Virus record (IMG/VR): IMGVR_UViG_3300046744_000381
Span: 1-64,000 of that record
From: a virus
Length of the DNA stretch: 64,000 nt
Reading direction: 5' to 3' (one strand)
Positions 17,974-27,604 of this stretch are shown one piece after another. Made by a program: the position numbers and the translations under genes. Numbering within the stretch: position 1 is the first letter of the stretch; every line of letters starts with the position of its first letter. The notes beneath the pieces are model-generated. The model did not search any database. It worked only from the letters and a program-made list of their open reading frames with translations, and had not been told where the DNA came from.

Positions 17974-18940
17974 TACAGCTAATACTTTCTTTAGAGCTCG
18001 TCACGTTGTCCGTGGTGATATCGATACTAAAGTAGGTATGGCTATGCACATTACACTTAACAGCATTAAAAAAGCGTGGCAAGACTTTAACGGGTCGCAC
18101 GTTGTGTTTTGCTTAGAAGGACGCAGTTGGCGTAAGGACTATTATGAGCCTTACAAGCGCAATCGTAAAGAACACCGTGATGCTATGAGTCCTCGTGAAG
18201 CAGAAGAAGATAAAGTGTTTTGGGAAATCTTTGACGAGTTTAAAGACTTTGTTGGCACTAAGACTAATTGTACAGTGTTACAAGATCCTAGACTAGAAGC
18301 AGACGACCTTATTGCTGGCTGGGTACAAAAACATACAGATGACGATCACGTTATTGTTAGCACCGATGGTGACTTTGCACAACTAATTGCACCCAATGTA
18401 CGCCAGTATAACGGTGTAAGTAATACAACAATTACACACGAAGGCTACTTTACAGACAAAGGTGATCGTGTAATTGATAAGAAAACTAAAGAGGCAAAGC
18501 CTGCACCTGAGCCTGACTTTATGTTATTTGAGAAGTGTATGCGTGGCGACACTAGTGACAACGTGTTTAGTGCTTACCCTGGTGTACGTAAGAAAGGTAC
18601 TAAGAACAAAGTAGGTCTTATTGAAGCGTATGCTGACAAGACTACAAAAGGTTACAACTGGAATAATATGATGCTACAGCGTTGGACCGACCACGAAGGT
18701 ATAGAGCACCGTGTACTAGATGATTATACACGCAATGTAACATTGTGTGATTTGACTGCACAACCTGCAGATATTAGAGATATTATAAACAGTAACATAG
18801 ATGAAGCTATGGAAAATCCTAAAAACGTATCGCAAGTAGGTATGAGGCTAATGAAGTTTTGTGCAAAGTGGGATTTACAACGTATTGCAGACAATGCTGC
18901 ACAATATTCACAACCGTTACAAGCAAGGTATAACGTATGA
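17954..18940 (+). CDS. rnh: 5'-3' exonuclease / RNase H (T4 Rnh, FEN family)
   Basis: LIDTAN, SWRKDYYEPYKRNR, EADDLI, STDGDFAQL and GDTSDNV. Confidence 0.9.
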   Translation: MTYILIDTANTFFRARHVVRGDIDTKVGMAMHITLNSIKKAWQDFNGSHVVFCLEGRSWRKDYYEPYKRNRKEHRDAMSPREAEEDKVFWEIFDEFKDFVGTKTNCTVLQDPRLEADDLIAGWVQKHTDDDHVIVSTDGDFAQLIAPNVRQYNGVSNTTITHEGYFTDKGDRVIDKKTKEAKPAPEPDFMLFEKCMRGDTSDNVFSAYPGVRKKGTKNKVGLIEAYADKTTKGYNWNNMMLQRWTDHEGIEHRVLDDYTRNVTLCDLTAQPADIRDIINSNIDEAMENPKNVSQVGMRLMKFCAKWDLQRIADNAAQYSQPLQARYNV

Positions 18941-19416
18941 CAGTAAAAGCTAAACCCATATTAGATGGTAAATTTTGGATTGTAGAAGATGCAGGTGTAC
19001 GTGTAGGTACATTAGCAAAAGAAGATGAAGGCTTTGTTGTAAGTGCAAAAGGTAAAATAGATTTTTACAAAAGCGAAAATGCACTAAAAAGAAAACTAGG
19101 CAAAGATCTTTTTGTTGCTAAGATTCCAACAGAAAGTCCAACTGACAAAGACGTACACGGATATACAACAAGATCTTTACCCTTCAATAGTATGTACGAT
19201 TTACAAAGCAAACTACCATTGTTTACAAAAAGTCCAAAGTCTAAAAGTTTATATTGTGCAGGATATTATCTAGTTAAATTTAATGTAAATTGGTTAAAAA
19301 GTTTTTGTCCTAAACTAATTACTTTGCAAAGGAATGAATATATGGGTCCATTTAAAACTGAAATAGAAATGAAAGCAGCATTGAGTAATGTCAATAGAGC
19401 CATTAAACACCAGTAG
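18937..19416 (+). CDS. hypothetical phage protein
   Basis: 159 aa, coupled start. Confidence 0.75.
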   Translation: MTVKAKPILDGKFWIVEDAGVRVGTLAKEDEGFVVSAKGKIDFYKSENALKRKLGKDLFVAKIPTESPTDKDVHGYTTRSLPFNSMYDLQSKLPLFTKSPKSKSLYCAGYYLVKFNVNWLKSFCPKLITLQRNEYMGPFKTEIEMKAALSNVNRAIKHQ

Positions 19417-19630
19417 TATACAACAATTTATTCAACAAGTAAAGTCTGCAGAAACAAGTAGAGCAAGAGAACTTAGATTAGACATAGTGCAAGCTAAAAA
19501 TCTTGCTTTTACCTTAGGAATTGTAATGGCAAGATTAAACGGTGACTTGGAAAAATTTGTAAAAGAAAATGCCGGCGGTGACATCGGCGATATAGAAGTA
19601 GTTTTTGATGGCAATTCTGACTGGAAATAG
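19388..19630 (+). CDS. hypothetical protein
   Basis: 80 aa, in operon. Confidence 0.7.
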   Translation: MSIEPLNTSSIQQFIQQVKSAETSRARELRLDIVQAKNLAFTLGIVMARLNGDLEKFVKENAGGDIGDIEVVFDGNSDWK

Positions 19631-19688
19631 TTAAAGTACAGGTTTAAAAAGATAAATATATGCGTATATAACTTAAAGGATTACGCAT

Positions 19689-19973
19689 ATGAGCAGACCT
19701 AAGCCAAATGTATTATTAGAATTCACAAATAGTATTACATACAAGTGCGAACAAGTTTTAGAAGCGGATGCAATCTGGGCTGTGTTTTACAAAAATAAAC
19801 CATTTAATTTAAAAAGTAGTAACTCTTTAACAAATTACCCTGGACCAAAATACAAAAAAACTAGTTTTTCAAATCCAGGACACGCATTTAATCTTTCTAA
19901 AAAATTAAATGAAATGTTCAAAACAGACGAATTTACAGTAGTTAAATTAGTCGAAGGTGAACAAATTGACTAA
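19689..19973 (+). CDS. hypothetical phage protein
   Basis: PGPKYKKTSFSNPGHA. Preceded by GATAAATA and AAGGA. Confidence 0.75.
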   Translation: MSRPKPNVLLEFTNSITYKCEQVLEADAIWAVFYKNKPFNLKSSNSLTNYPGPKYKKTSFSNPGHAFNLSKKLNEMFKTDEFTVVKLVEGEQID

Positions 19974-20356
19974 TGTCTAATAAAATTACATACACAAAAA
20001 TTTTCCTAAAAGAATTAGGCAAAACTTATAATGATATTTCAGTACAAGAATACTTACATATTTGGTGGTATAATACTAGAAATAAAGAAGTAGGCGGACT
20101 ACGTTTAACAGATCAAGGCTATGAAGCAATACAAGAATTAGGACTAACAACATACGATATTCCATATCCACGTGAAATGCCTTTAACAACACAAATTATA
20201 ATATTTTTAGATAAGTTTATAGATTGCCCTTATTATTTGACAAATAGAAGCATAACGGTTACAAATGAAAAGAAAGCAGTTGAATTAACATTGTTTAGTG
20301 GTGATTTGCGTAAGTACGGCCTAACAAAAGCAATGAAAAGACAAAATGAGGATTGA
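19973..20356 (+). CDS. hypothetical phage protein
   Basis: GGLRLTDQG and FIDCPYYL. Confidence 0.75.
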   Translation: MSNKITYTKIFLKELGKTYNDISVQEYLHIWWYNTRNKEVGGLRLTDQGYEAIQELGLTTYDIPYPREMPLTTQIIIFLDKFIDCPYYLTNRSITVTNEKKAVELTLFSGDLRKYGLTKAMKRQNED

Positions 20357-20576
20357 TTTACACGGATGCCATATACACGAAGGTTGGGCAAGATTTAAAA
20401 GAGAAGTTGATCGAGCATACTATCTTGGACATAAGCAATGTAGTGTAATTACTGGGCAAGGTGCAATGATGGTAGAGTTTCCTACCTGGGCAAATAATCA
20501 CCCACTAGTTAGAGAATGTAACCAACAAAGATATAATCCAGGAAGTTTTTTAATTAGGTTAAAGAAAAAAGGTTGA
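20346..20576 (+). CDS. stand-alone Smr domain protein
   Basis: IDLHG, VITGQG and NPGSF. Confidence 0.8.
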   Translation: MRIDLHGCHIHEGWARFKREVDRAYYLGHKQCSVITGQGAMMVEFPTWANNHPLVRECNQQRYNPGSFLIRLKKKG

Positions 20577-20600
20577 CAATCTTTTATAATAATGTATACT
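20573..20600 (+). promoter_or_regulatory. sigma70-type promoter
   Basis: TTGACA-16-TATACT. Confidence 0.65.
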
Positions 20601-20653
20601 GTTATTATTGCTTAGAAATTAATTTCTAAGGTAACTTAAAAACGGAGGCCTAA

Positions 20654-20899
20654 ATGGCATTTACAACAATTAAAACTAACCAAAAAACTTTCCTCGAAAC
20701 ATATCTTCGTGGAACAGGTAAAACTTTGACTGCAAAAGATGCAAGAGCAAGGTTTGGAATTCAGCAACTTCCAGCTCGAATGAGTGAGTTAAAAGCGGCT
20801 GGTCTAGTAGTTAAGACTGACATTGCTACTACTGGTGCAACACGATACAGTATTGTTTCTCGTGATGTAAACGGTTCAAGAGCGAAAATCTTCGCATAA
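20654..20899 (+). CDS. winged helix-turn-helix DNA-binding protein
   Basis: LTAKDARARFGIQQLPARMSELKAAGL. GGAGG RBS. Confidence 0.75.
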   Translation: MAFTTIKTNQKTFLETYLRGTGKTLTAKDARARFGIQQLPARMSELKAAGLVVKTDIATTGATRYSIVSRDVNGSRAKIFA

Positions 20900-20916
20900 T
20901 AACTAATATTTTTATT

Positions 20917-20947
20917 AAAATAGGTCCTTATGGGGCCTATTTTTTTT
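20917..20947 (+). terminator. rho-independent terminator
   Basis: ATAGGTCC-TTATG-GGGCCTAT stem followed by a T run. Confidence 0.8.
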
Positions 20948-20956
20948 GAAAAGAGG

Positions 20957-20985
20957 TTGACATAGATCTAAAGTTATGTTATATT
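20957..20985 (+). promoter_or_regulatory. sigma70-type promoter
   Basis: TTGACA-17-TATATT with an extended TG. Confidence 0.75.
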
Positions 20986-21019
20986 AAGTGTATAGGGCAA
21001 AAACACAAAGGGCAATACA

Positions 21020-21418
21020 ATGTTTACATATAGCAATGATATTATTTCAGATTTACACAAAGATGTGTATGGTTATCGTCCACGTGAGGCCTTTTGGGCC
21101 GATTGGGACAATTGTACTCCTGCTGAAAAGCAGAAGACTTGGGACGAGTATTGCAATGCTTTAGAAGCTAATTCAATACAAGAAGCAGTACAAGAGGCAG
21201 CAGATGTTGCCAAGTTCGAAGACCGTGTGCAAGATGTTATTGCAATCGGCGCTGGCAACCGCACTACTGCACTTGAGTGGATTGTAGGGCAGGAAACTTT
21301 CTACCACATCCAAGATGTTGAACATTTTGTTTGGCAGCAAGGTATCTTGTTTACAGATTATGGCAAAAAACTTATCAAAGAAATTGCCGCTATTGTAACA
21401 TACAAAGATGCATATTGA
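21020..21418 (+). CDS. hypothetical phage protein
   Basis: ISDLHKDVYGYRPR motif. Confidence 0.75.
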   Translation: MFTYSNDIISDLHKDVYGYRPREAFWADWDNCTPAEKQKTWDEYCNALEANSIQEAVQEAADVAKFEDRVQDVIAIGAGNRTTALEWIVGQETFYHIQDVEHFVWQQGILFTDYGKKLIKEIAAIVTYKDAY

Positions 21419-21420
21419 GG

Positions 21421-21449
21421 TTGACCTCTATAAGATTTAATGTTATAAT
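21421..21449 (+). promoter_or_regulatory. sigma70-type promoter
   Basis: TTGACC-17-TATAAT with an extended TG. Confidence 0.75.
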
Positions 21450-21487
21450 AACGTATACGCACTGATACAAATATAAGGAAATACAAA

Positions 21488-22576
21488 ATGGACACTACAG
21501 TTAGAACAGTTAGCCCTAACCGTGCAAAGAAAAGCATTAACCGGGCATTTAAAAAGAAACGCCCTGTATTTTTATGGGGACCTCCAGGCATTGGTAAGTC
21601 AGATATTATTAGGCAAATTACTGACAGTATGCCAAATAGTCACTTGATTGATATCCGACTATCACTTTGGGAACCTACAGATATCAAAGGCATTCCGTAC
21701 TTTGATGCTAATCAAGGTAAAATGGTTTGGGGTGCGCCTAGCGAACTTCCAGACGAAGAATTTGCGAAAGCATATGATAATATTGTTGTTTTCTTTGATG
21801 AAATGAATTCATCTGCTCCGGCTGTACAAGCGGCTGCATACCAGTTAATTCTTAATCGTAGAGTAGGACAATATAAATTACCAGACAACGTTATTATTGT
21901 TGCCGCTGGTAACCGCGAAGCAGACAAAGGCGTTACATATCGTATGCCTGCTCCGCTTGCAAATCGTTTCGTTCACTTAGAGCTTGCAGTTAATTTTGAT
22001 GACTGGTTTGAGTGGGCAGTAGATAACACACAACATTCAGATGTGGTAGGCTACTTACAATTTGCTAAACAGGATCTTTATGATTTTGATCCTAAATCGC
22101 CTAGTCGTAGTTTTGCTACACCACGTTCGTGGAGTTTTGTTAGCGAATTATTAGACGAAGAAGATACAGACGAATCTACTACTACAGATCTTGTTGCAGG
22201 CTCGGTAGGCGAAGGTTTGGCTGTAAAATTTATGGCTCATCGCAAAATTGCGGGAAGTATGCCGAACCCAACAGATATTTTAGCGGGTAAGGTTAAAGAG
22301 ATAAAAACACAGGAAATCAGTGCAATGTATTCCTTAACTGTGTCTCTTTGCTACGAGCTTAAAGAAGCAAGTGATGCAAACGACAAAAAGTTTGACAATA
22401 AGGTTAATAACTTTTTAAGGTTTGCAATGGATAATTTTGAGACTGAATTGGTTGTAATGGGTATAAAACTTGCTCTTACACAATACAATCTTCCAATCGA
22501 TCCAGACGAAGTTGCTTGTTTTGATGAGTTCCATTCTCGTTACGGCAAGTACATCAAGGCTGCTCAAAACGCTTGA
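21488..22576 (+). CDS. MoxR-like AAA+ ATPase
   Basis: Walker A GPPGIGKS, Walker B FFDEMN, plus AAGN and LANRF. Confidence 0.9.
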   Translation: MDTTVRTVSPNRAKKSINRAFKKKRPVFLWGPPGIGKSDIIRQITDSMPNSHLIDIRLSLWEPTDIKGIPYFDANQGKMVWGAPSELPDEEFAKAYDNIVVFFDEMNSSAPAVQAAAYQLILNRRVGQYKLPDNVIIVAAGNREADKGVTYRMPAPLANRFVHLELAVNFDDWFEWAVDNTQHSDVVGYLQFAKQDLYDFDPKSPSRSFATPRSWSFVSELLDEEDTDESTTTDLVAGSVGEGLAVKFMAHRKIAGSMPNPTDILAGKVKEIKTQEISAMYSLTVSLCYELKEASDANDKKFDNKVNNFLRFAMDNFETELVVMGIKLALTQYNLPIDPDEVACFDEFHSRYGKYIKAAQNA

Positions 22577-22585
22577 GTCAAGGAA

Positions 22586-22613
22586 AAGTGGGCAGTATTC
22601 GTACTGTCCACTT
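22586..22613 (+). terminator. strong hairpin, terminator or processing signal
   Basis: AAGTGGGCAGTA-TTCG-TACTGTCCACTT, a 12 bp stem right after the stop. Confidence 0.7.
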
Positions 22614-22627
22614 ATTCTATTTAAAGG

Positions 22628-22656
22628 TTGACAAAAACATTAAATAATGCTATAAG
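22628..22656 (+). promoter_or_regulatory. sigma70-type promoter
   Basis: TTGACA-17-TATAAG with an extended TG. Confidence 0.6.
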
Positions 22657-22685
22657 TAATAAGCACTGATAAATGAGGATCAATT

Positions 22686-24008
22686 ATGTTAGATTTTATG
22701 CCGCAATATGTAGTTATGAAAATGTCTACAGAAAAAACAGCTAGTAAGCTTAAAAATTGGGAACCAGATCCTAATATTACACCAGAAGCATTAGAAGAAA
22801 TGCAAAAGGTAGTATTAGATCGTATTATCACTGCCCGTGTTGGTTTACTTCTTAGACATCCATTTTTTGGTAATATGGCAACACGTTTACGTATTGTGGC
22901 AGCAGATGATATTATTCCTACCGCGGCTGTAGATGGACGCAATCTTTATTATAATACACAGTTCTTTAATGCTATGGATAATAAAGAAATTGAATTTGTT
23001 ATTGCACACGAAATTCTACATATGGTATTTGATCATTTAACACGTAGAGGCGAACGTAATCCATATCTTTATAATGTTGCGTGTGATTATATCGTTAACA
23101 ATATGCTTGTAAGAGACAGAATCGGAGTGAAGCCAAAGTTAGTTGAATGTTTCCAAGACTTTAAATATGAAGGATGGACTTCAGAAGAGGTATACGATCA
23201 ATTGTATCAAGATGCAGAAAAAATTGATATTGACCAACTAGGCGAAATGTTAGATGAACACTTTGAATGGGGCGAAGGTCCGGCAAGCAATGGTGATGGT
23301 AACGATGATGGTAAAGGCAAAGGCAAAGGTCAGACATTATCTGAAAGCGAAAAGCAAAAAATTAAAGACGAAATAAAAGAAGCTGTAATGGCAGCGGCAC
23401 AAGCCGCAGGTGCAGGTAATACACCGGCTGAAGTTCAGCGTATGATTAAAGAACTAACTGAGCCTAAAATGAATTGGCGACAGTTGCTACGTCAACAAAT
23501 TCAAAGTACAATTAAAAGTGATTTTACATTTAGTAGACCTAACCGTAAAGGTTGGCAAAGTGGTGCTATATTACCTGGTATGAACTTCGACGAAACAATT
23601 GACCTTTGTGTAAGCATTGATATGAGCGGATCAATTGGTGATGATCAAGCCAAAGACTTTTTAAGTGAAGTAAAAGGTATTATGGAAGAATACAAAGACT
23701 ATAAGATTACTGTATGGTGCTTTGACACTAAGGTGTATAACGAACAAGAATTTACAGCAGATGGTGGTGAAGATATTTCAGAATATAATGTTATTGGCGG
23801 CGGCGGCACTGACTTTATGGTGAACTGGAAGTATATGAAAGATAATGGTATTGAACCAAAGAAATTTATTATGTTTACAGACGGCTATGCTTGGGATAGC
23901 TGGGGAGATCCAGATTATTGCGATACATTATTTGTAATTCATAGTAATCACGACAAAAACTTAGAAGGGCCTTTTGGATTTACAGCTCACTATGAGGAGG
24001 CTGCGTGA
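22686..24008 (+). CDS. HEXXH metallopeptidase-like plus VWA domain protein (MoxR partner)
   Basis: AHEILH, MIDAS-like DMSGS, GGGGTDF and FTDGY. Confidence 0.88.
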   Translation: MLDFMPQYVVMKMSTEKTASKLKNWEPDPNITPEALEEMQKVVLDRIITARVGLLLRHPFFGNMATRLRIVAADDIIPTAAVDGRNLYYNTQFFNAMDNKEIEFVIAHEILHMVFDHLTRRGERNPYLYNVACDYIVNNMLVRDRIGVKPKLVECFQDFKYEGWTSEEVYDQLYQDAEKIDIDQLGEMLDEHFEWGEGPASNGDGNDDGKGKGKGQTLSESEKQKIKDEIKEAVMAAAQAAGAGNTPAEVQRMIKELTEPKMNWRQLLRQQIQSTIKSDFTFSRPNRKGWQSGAILPGMNFDETIDLCVSIDMSGSIGDDQAKDFLSEVKGIMEEYKDYKITVWCFDTKVYNEQEFTADGGEDISEYNVIGGGGTDFMVNWKYMKDNGIEPKKFIMFTDGYAWDSWGDPDYCDTLFVIHSNHDKNLEGPFGFTAHYEEAA

Positions 24009-24280
24009 AGTTAAAAACAAATCCATTAGATGTTTTAGGTATAAGAAGGGTAAATTTTTGCCCTTCTACCTTCGAAACTATTGACTTAGAAAAAACCTAT
24101 AACATCGAAGCTGTACTTTCTGATTGGATAGAAGATAACCTATCAGGAAGATATTTTTTAGGAGAAAATGTCTCATTAAAAAATGAAAGTATTTCAAGTG
24201 TTACAACAGTTGGTTTTGAATTAACCAAAGAGATGAGTTTCTTTATGTTAGCTTGTCCACATTTGAAGTATACTAGATAG
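24005..24280 (+). CDS. hypothetical protein
   Basis: GTG start after GAGGAGG. Confidence 0.65.
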   Translation: MKLKTNPLDVLGIRRVNFCPSTFETIDLEKTYNIEAVLSDWIEDNLSGRYFLGENVSLKNESISSVTTVGFELTKEMSFFMLACPHLKYTR

Positions 24281-24317
24281 TCACGAAAATATATATTATA
24301 CAAGGAGTAAAAGAGTA

Positions 24318-24578
24318 ATGACTGAACAAACACAACCGGATCCAAATGAACTAAACATTCAAGATCTAGCACTAGCAAGAGCTGTAATTGAACTTGCTAC
24401 CGAAAGAGGAACATTCAAAGCAAATGAGCTCGCAAATGTCGGTGCTCTTTATAACAAGCTTGATGGTTTTCTAAAATCTGTCGAAGAGCAGGCAAAACAA
24501 GCAAAAGAAGCAGCAGAATCTGCCGAAGCAGCGGCTGAGCCTGTGCCAACACCTAAGGAGACAAACGATGGCTCTTAA
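24318..24578 (+). CDS. hypothetical protein
   Basis: LNIQDL...ATERGTFKANEL..VG.LYNKL. AAGGAG RBS. Confidence 0.75.
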   Translation: MTEQTQPDPNELNIQDLALARAVIELATERGTFKANELANVGALYNKLDGFLKSVEEQAKQAKEAAESAEAAAEPVPTPKETNDGS

Positions 24579-25185
24579 ACACATAGGTAGAATTAAAACA
24601 AATAAAAGAAAAATTGTAGTAGCTTACAGAGTAGTTCCTGGAGAATCGGATCAATGTCTTATTGTACAGACTGAGAATCTAAGTGCCGATGAACACGATA
24701 GTTTAATCAAAGCAGTTGAATCTGCGGCTGGCCAACAGGCATACGAATTCGGCGAAGCAATGGCTCGTAATACGTTGCCAGATGGCAGAAATATGTTAGC
24801 AGGATTTCATACAACAGGTAAGATACGTAAAGTAAAAACAACTGAAGTAGAAATGACACCAACAAATAGTGATGTAATTAGTTTAGACGAATTAAATAAA
24901 ATTATTGCTGATCAGCAAGGTGTCACAGTAGCAGACTTAGCACTTAAAGGTCCAGACGGTGAAACTGTTAAAGCAAAAACCGAAACAGTTGATCCAGCAA
25001 GTGTATATACAGACGAAGCAACTACTGAAGTACAAGACGGTATAGTTACTGATGAAGTTTTGGCAGCACAATATCGATCACAGGCTGATGCTATGTTTAA
25101 AGAAGCTAAAGCACTTAGAGAGCAAGCAGAAGAACTTGTTCCTACAAAACGTAAAGCCGCAAAGAAAACAGAAAGTGCCGAATAA
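24568..25185 (+). CDS. hypothetical phage protein
   Basis: 205 aa, AAGGAG RBS. Confidence 0.75.
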   Translation: MALKHIGRIKTNKRKIVVAYRVVPGESDQCLIVQTENLSADEHDSLIKAVESAAGQQAYEFGEAMARNTLPDGRNMLAGFHTTGKIRKVKTTEVEMTPTNSDVISLDELNKIIADQQGVTVADLALKGPDGETVKAKTETVDPASVYTDEATTEVQDGIVTDEVLAAQYRSQADAMFKEAKALREQAEELVPTKRKAAKKTESAE

Positions 25186-25477
25186 AGATAATAATGTTGT
25201 AACAGACGACGAATGGAATGAAATTTTAGATGAAGTCAATTACGATTATATTCCAATTGAATATGTAAGTACAGTTATTGTAACATTTTTAGATGAAAAA
25301 GTTTGGGAAATCGACGTTCAAAACAAAAAGAACGGCGATGACCCTGCAGACGTTATAGGCGAATTTTTAGAAGAATACGACGACACAATAGATACAGTTG
25401 ATTTTAGACTTGATACAAAACGTCTCAAAAAAGATATAAACAAACGTACAAAGAGATTTTTAAAGCTTAACAAATAA
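25175..25477 (+). CDS. acidic hypothetical protein
   Basis: Probable GTG start within ORF 25052..25477. Confidence 0.6.
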   Translation: MPNKDNNVVTDDEWNEILDEVNYDYIPIEYVSTVIVTFLDEKVWEIDVQNKKNGDDPADVIGEFLEEYDDTIDTVDFRLDTKRLKKDINKRTKRFLKLNK

Positions 25478-25525
25478 TCCTATATGAGATAAATACTTTA
25501 AATAATACTGTAGGAGAAGTTTCAT

Positions 25526-27595
25526 ATGGCTTTGAGAATAAAAAGAGGCACTAATGCTGAGCGTTTGTCTTATACCCCAGAATTAGGTGAATTAATTTAC
25601 GTAACTGACTATTCGAGCGCAGGCGTAGGTCCGCTTTGGGTAGGTGACGGATCAACTGCTGGCGGCAACGAAGCATCAGGGTCAGGCGGCGGCGGCGGCG
25701 GTATTACTGACATTGTCGGTGATACAACTCCACAACTAGGCGGCAATTTAGATTTAAATAGCTATGATATAACTGGAACGGGCGATATTGATACTACAGG
25801 CAATATTAACGCAACCGGTAGCATAGATGTAAACCTAAATATTGATGCAGGTGGTTACGTAAACGCTACTTCAATGGCAGCGAATTTGTTTAATGGTAGT
25901 TTTGATGGCGATTTATCTGGTAGTGTATTCGGTGACGATTCAACTGTAATAGTAGATGGTAATAACAATACTATTAATGCATCATCGGCAACAATTGGTA
26001 ATTTATCTTTCGATAGTACAGGAAACATTACAAACTCCGGTGACACAGTATATAACGTGTTACAAGGCTTTGATTTAAATGCCACAAATCCTAACAGTAA
26101 TTTCAACTTAAAAGTAAAGGGCAATAATGATGTTTCTAAGGTATTTCTTATTAAAACAGCAACCTCAGATATCAGTGCTACTTATTACGAATCGGCAATA
26201 TTTGGCGGACGTGATGATACAAATGGCGAATATTTTCATAACTCTATTGCTTTTGGTACTGACAAAACATTAATTTGCACAAGTTCAAATGGTAATTTTG
26301 ATATAGAATCCGAATATCTAACACACACTAATACTGGTCGTTTAGGTATTGGTACATACACTCCAGCAGCAACTTTAGATGTTGCAGGTGGTGGGCTATT
26401 TTCCGGACAAGTACAAGCAACAGCATTTAAAGGTACATTTGTAGCTGATGATTCAACTATACTAGTAGATGGCGTAGCAGGTAAAGTTAACCTAGCACCA
26501 AACGATATTACAGATTTAGGTAACGTTACTATTGCAACTCCACAAGCAGGACAAGTATTAAAATACAACGGTAGTGCGTGGGTAAATGATGTAGATGTTG
26601 CTGGTTCCGGCGGTGGCGGCGGTATAGGTAACATTGGTGTTGGTGCCGACGATAGTACTGTAAGATTAATAAACAGCGGAGAAAGTTTCTTAATTAAAGG
26701 CGCTGGTACAATAACAACTGCAAGTGACGCAGAAGGTAATATTACTGTTACAGGTACTACAGAAGTTTCATCTGATACTACTCCAGTGCTTGGCGGTAAT
26801 ATGGATTCAGGAGGTTTTAATCTCAAATTTGGTGATTCAGGTATTCCAGGCACAGACGACACTTTAGTATTTGGTGCAGGTGACGATTTACAAATTTACC
26901 ATACAGGAACAGCAAGTGTAATTAGTGACAACGGCGACGGCGGAATACAAATTTTAACTAATTTATTAGAAGTTAAAAATGCAGCAAATAACGAAATACA
27001 AATCGATGCCACAGAAGACGCCGGTGTCAGACTATATTACAATGGTAGTTCAAAACTGCAAACAACAACAAACGGTATAACTATTACTGGTGCAATTACA
27101 GGAAATCTTACAGGAGATGTAACTGGTAATGTAAGTGGTACAGCAGGAGGAGTTGCTTGGAGCGGTGTTACATCTACTCCAACTACACTATCAGGATACG
27201 GTATTACAGATGATGTTGTTATTGGAACTGAATTAGGAAACTTTACTTTTACAGCAAGTGTGCTAGACTCAAATGATTCAGGTGCTATTACAGTAACACC
27301 ATCTACAGTGTTTAGTAGCGATGTTACAGTTGAAAACGATTTAATTGTAACAAATAAAGTAGTAGCAGACAGATTTGAGAGCACTAGTACTGGTACGCCA
27401 GAAATTACAGCGGCAACAAACCTTAACTTGACTGCAGGTAATGCAGTTGTTATAACACAATCGCCAGTTAGATTTGCAACGTTTACAACAGCAGAACGTG
27501 ATGCACTGGCTTCCCAAAACGGTGATATGTTATACAATACAACTACTAATAAATTCCAAGGATATGCAAACGGTGCTTGGGTAGACTTACACTAA
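25526..27595 (+). CDS. virion fibre / tail-associated structural protein
   Basis: N-terminal IKRGT...PELGELIYVTD. G/T/S/D-rich. Repeated DTTPxLGGNxD, DDST and GNLTGDVTGNV. Preceded by ATAAATA. Confidence 0.75.
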   Translation: MALRIKRGTNAERLSYTPELGELIYVTDYSSAGVGPLWVGDGSTAGGNEASGSGGGGGGITDIVGDTTPQLGGNLDLNSYDITGTGDIDTTGNINATGSIDVNLNIDAGGYVNATSMAANLFNGSFDGDLSGSVFGDDSTVIVDGNNNTINASSATIGNLSFDSTGNITNSGDTVYNVLQGFDLNATNPNSNFNLKVKGNNDVSKVFLIKTATSDISATYYESAIFGGRDDTNGEYFHNSIAFGTDKTLICTSSNGNFDIESEYLTHTNTGRLGIGTYTPAATLDVAGGGLFSGQVQATAFKGTFVADDSTILVDGVAGKVNLAPNDITDLGNVTIATPQAGQVLKYNGSAWVNDVDVAGSGGGGGIGNIGVGADDSTVRLINSGESFLIKGAGTITTASDAEGNITVTGTTEVSSDTTPVLGGNMDSGGFNLKFGDSGIPGTDDTLVFGAGDDLQIYHTGTASVISDNGDGGIQILTNLLEVKNAANNEIQIDATEDAGVRLYYNGSSKLQTTTNGITITGAITGNLTGDVTGNVSGTAGGVAWSGVTSTPTTLSGYGITDDVVIGTELGNFTFTASVLDSNDSGAITVTPSTVFSSDVTVENDLIVTNKVVADRFESTSTGTPEITAATNLNLTAGNAVVITQSPVRFATFTTAERDALASQNGDMLYNTTTNKFQGYANGAWVDLH

Positions 27596-27604
27596 GGAGC
27601 CTCA

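Noticed and set aside
25685-25702. GGC trinucleotide run (also near 26608)
   Set aside because: Encodes poly-Gly linkers in the fibre protein. An in-frame triplet run is not a phase-variation tract.
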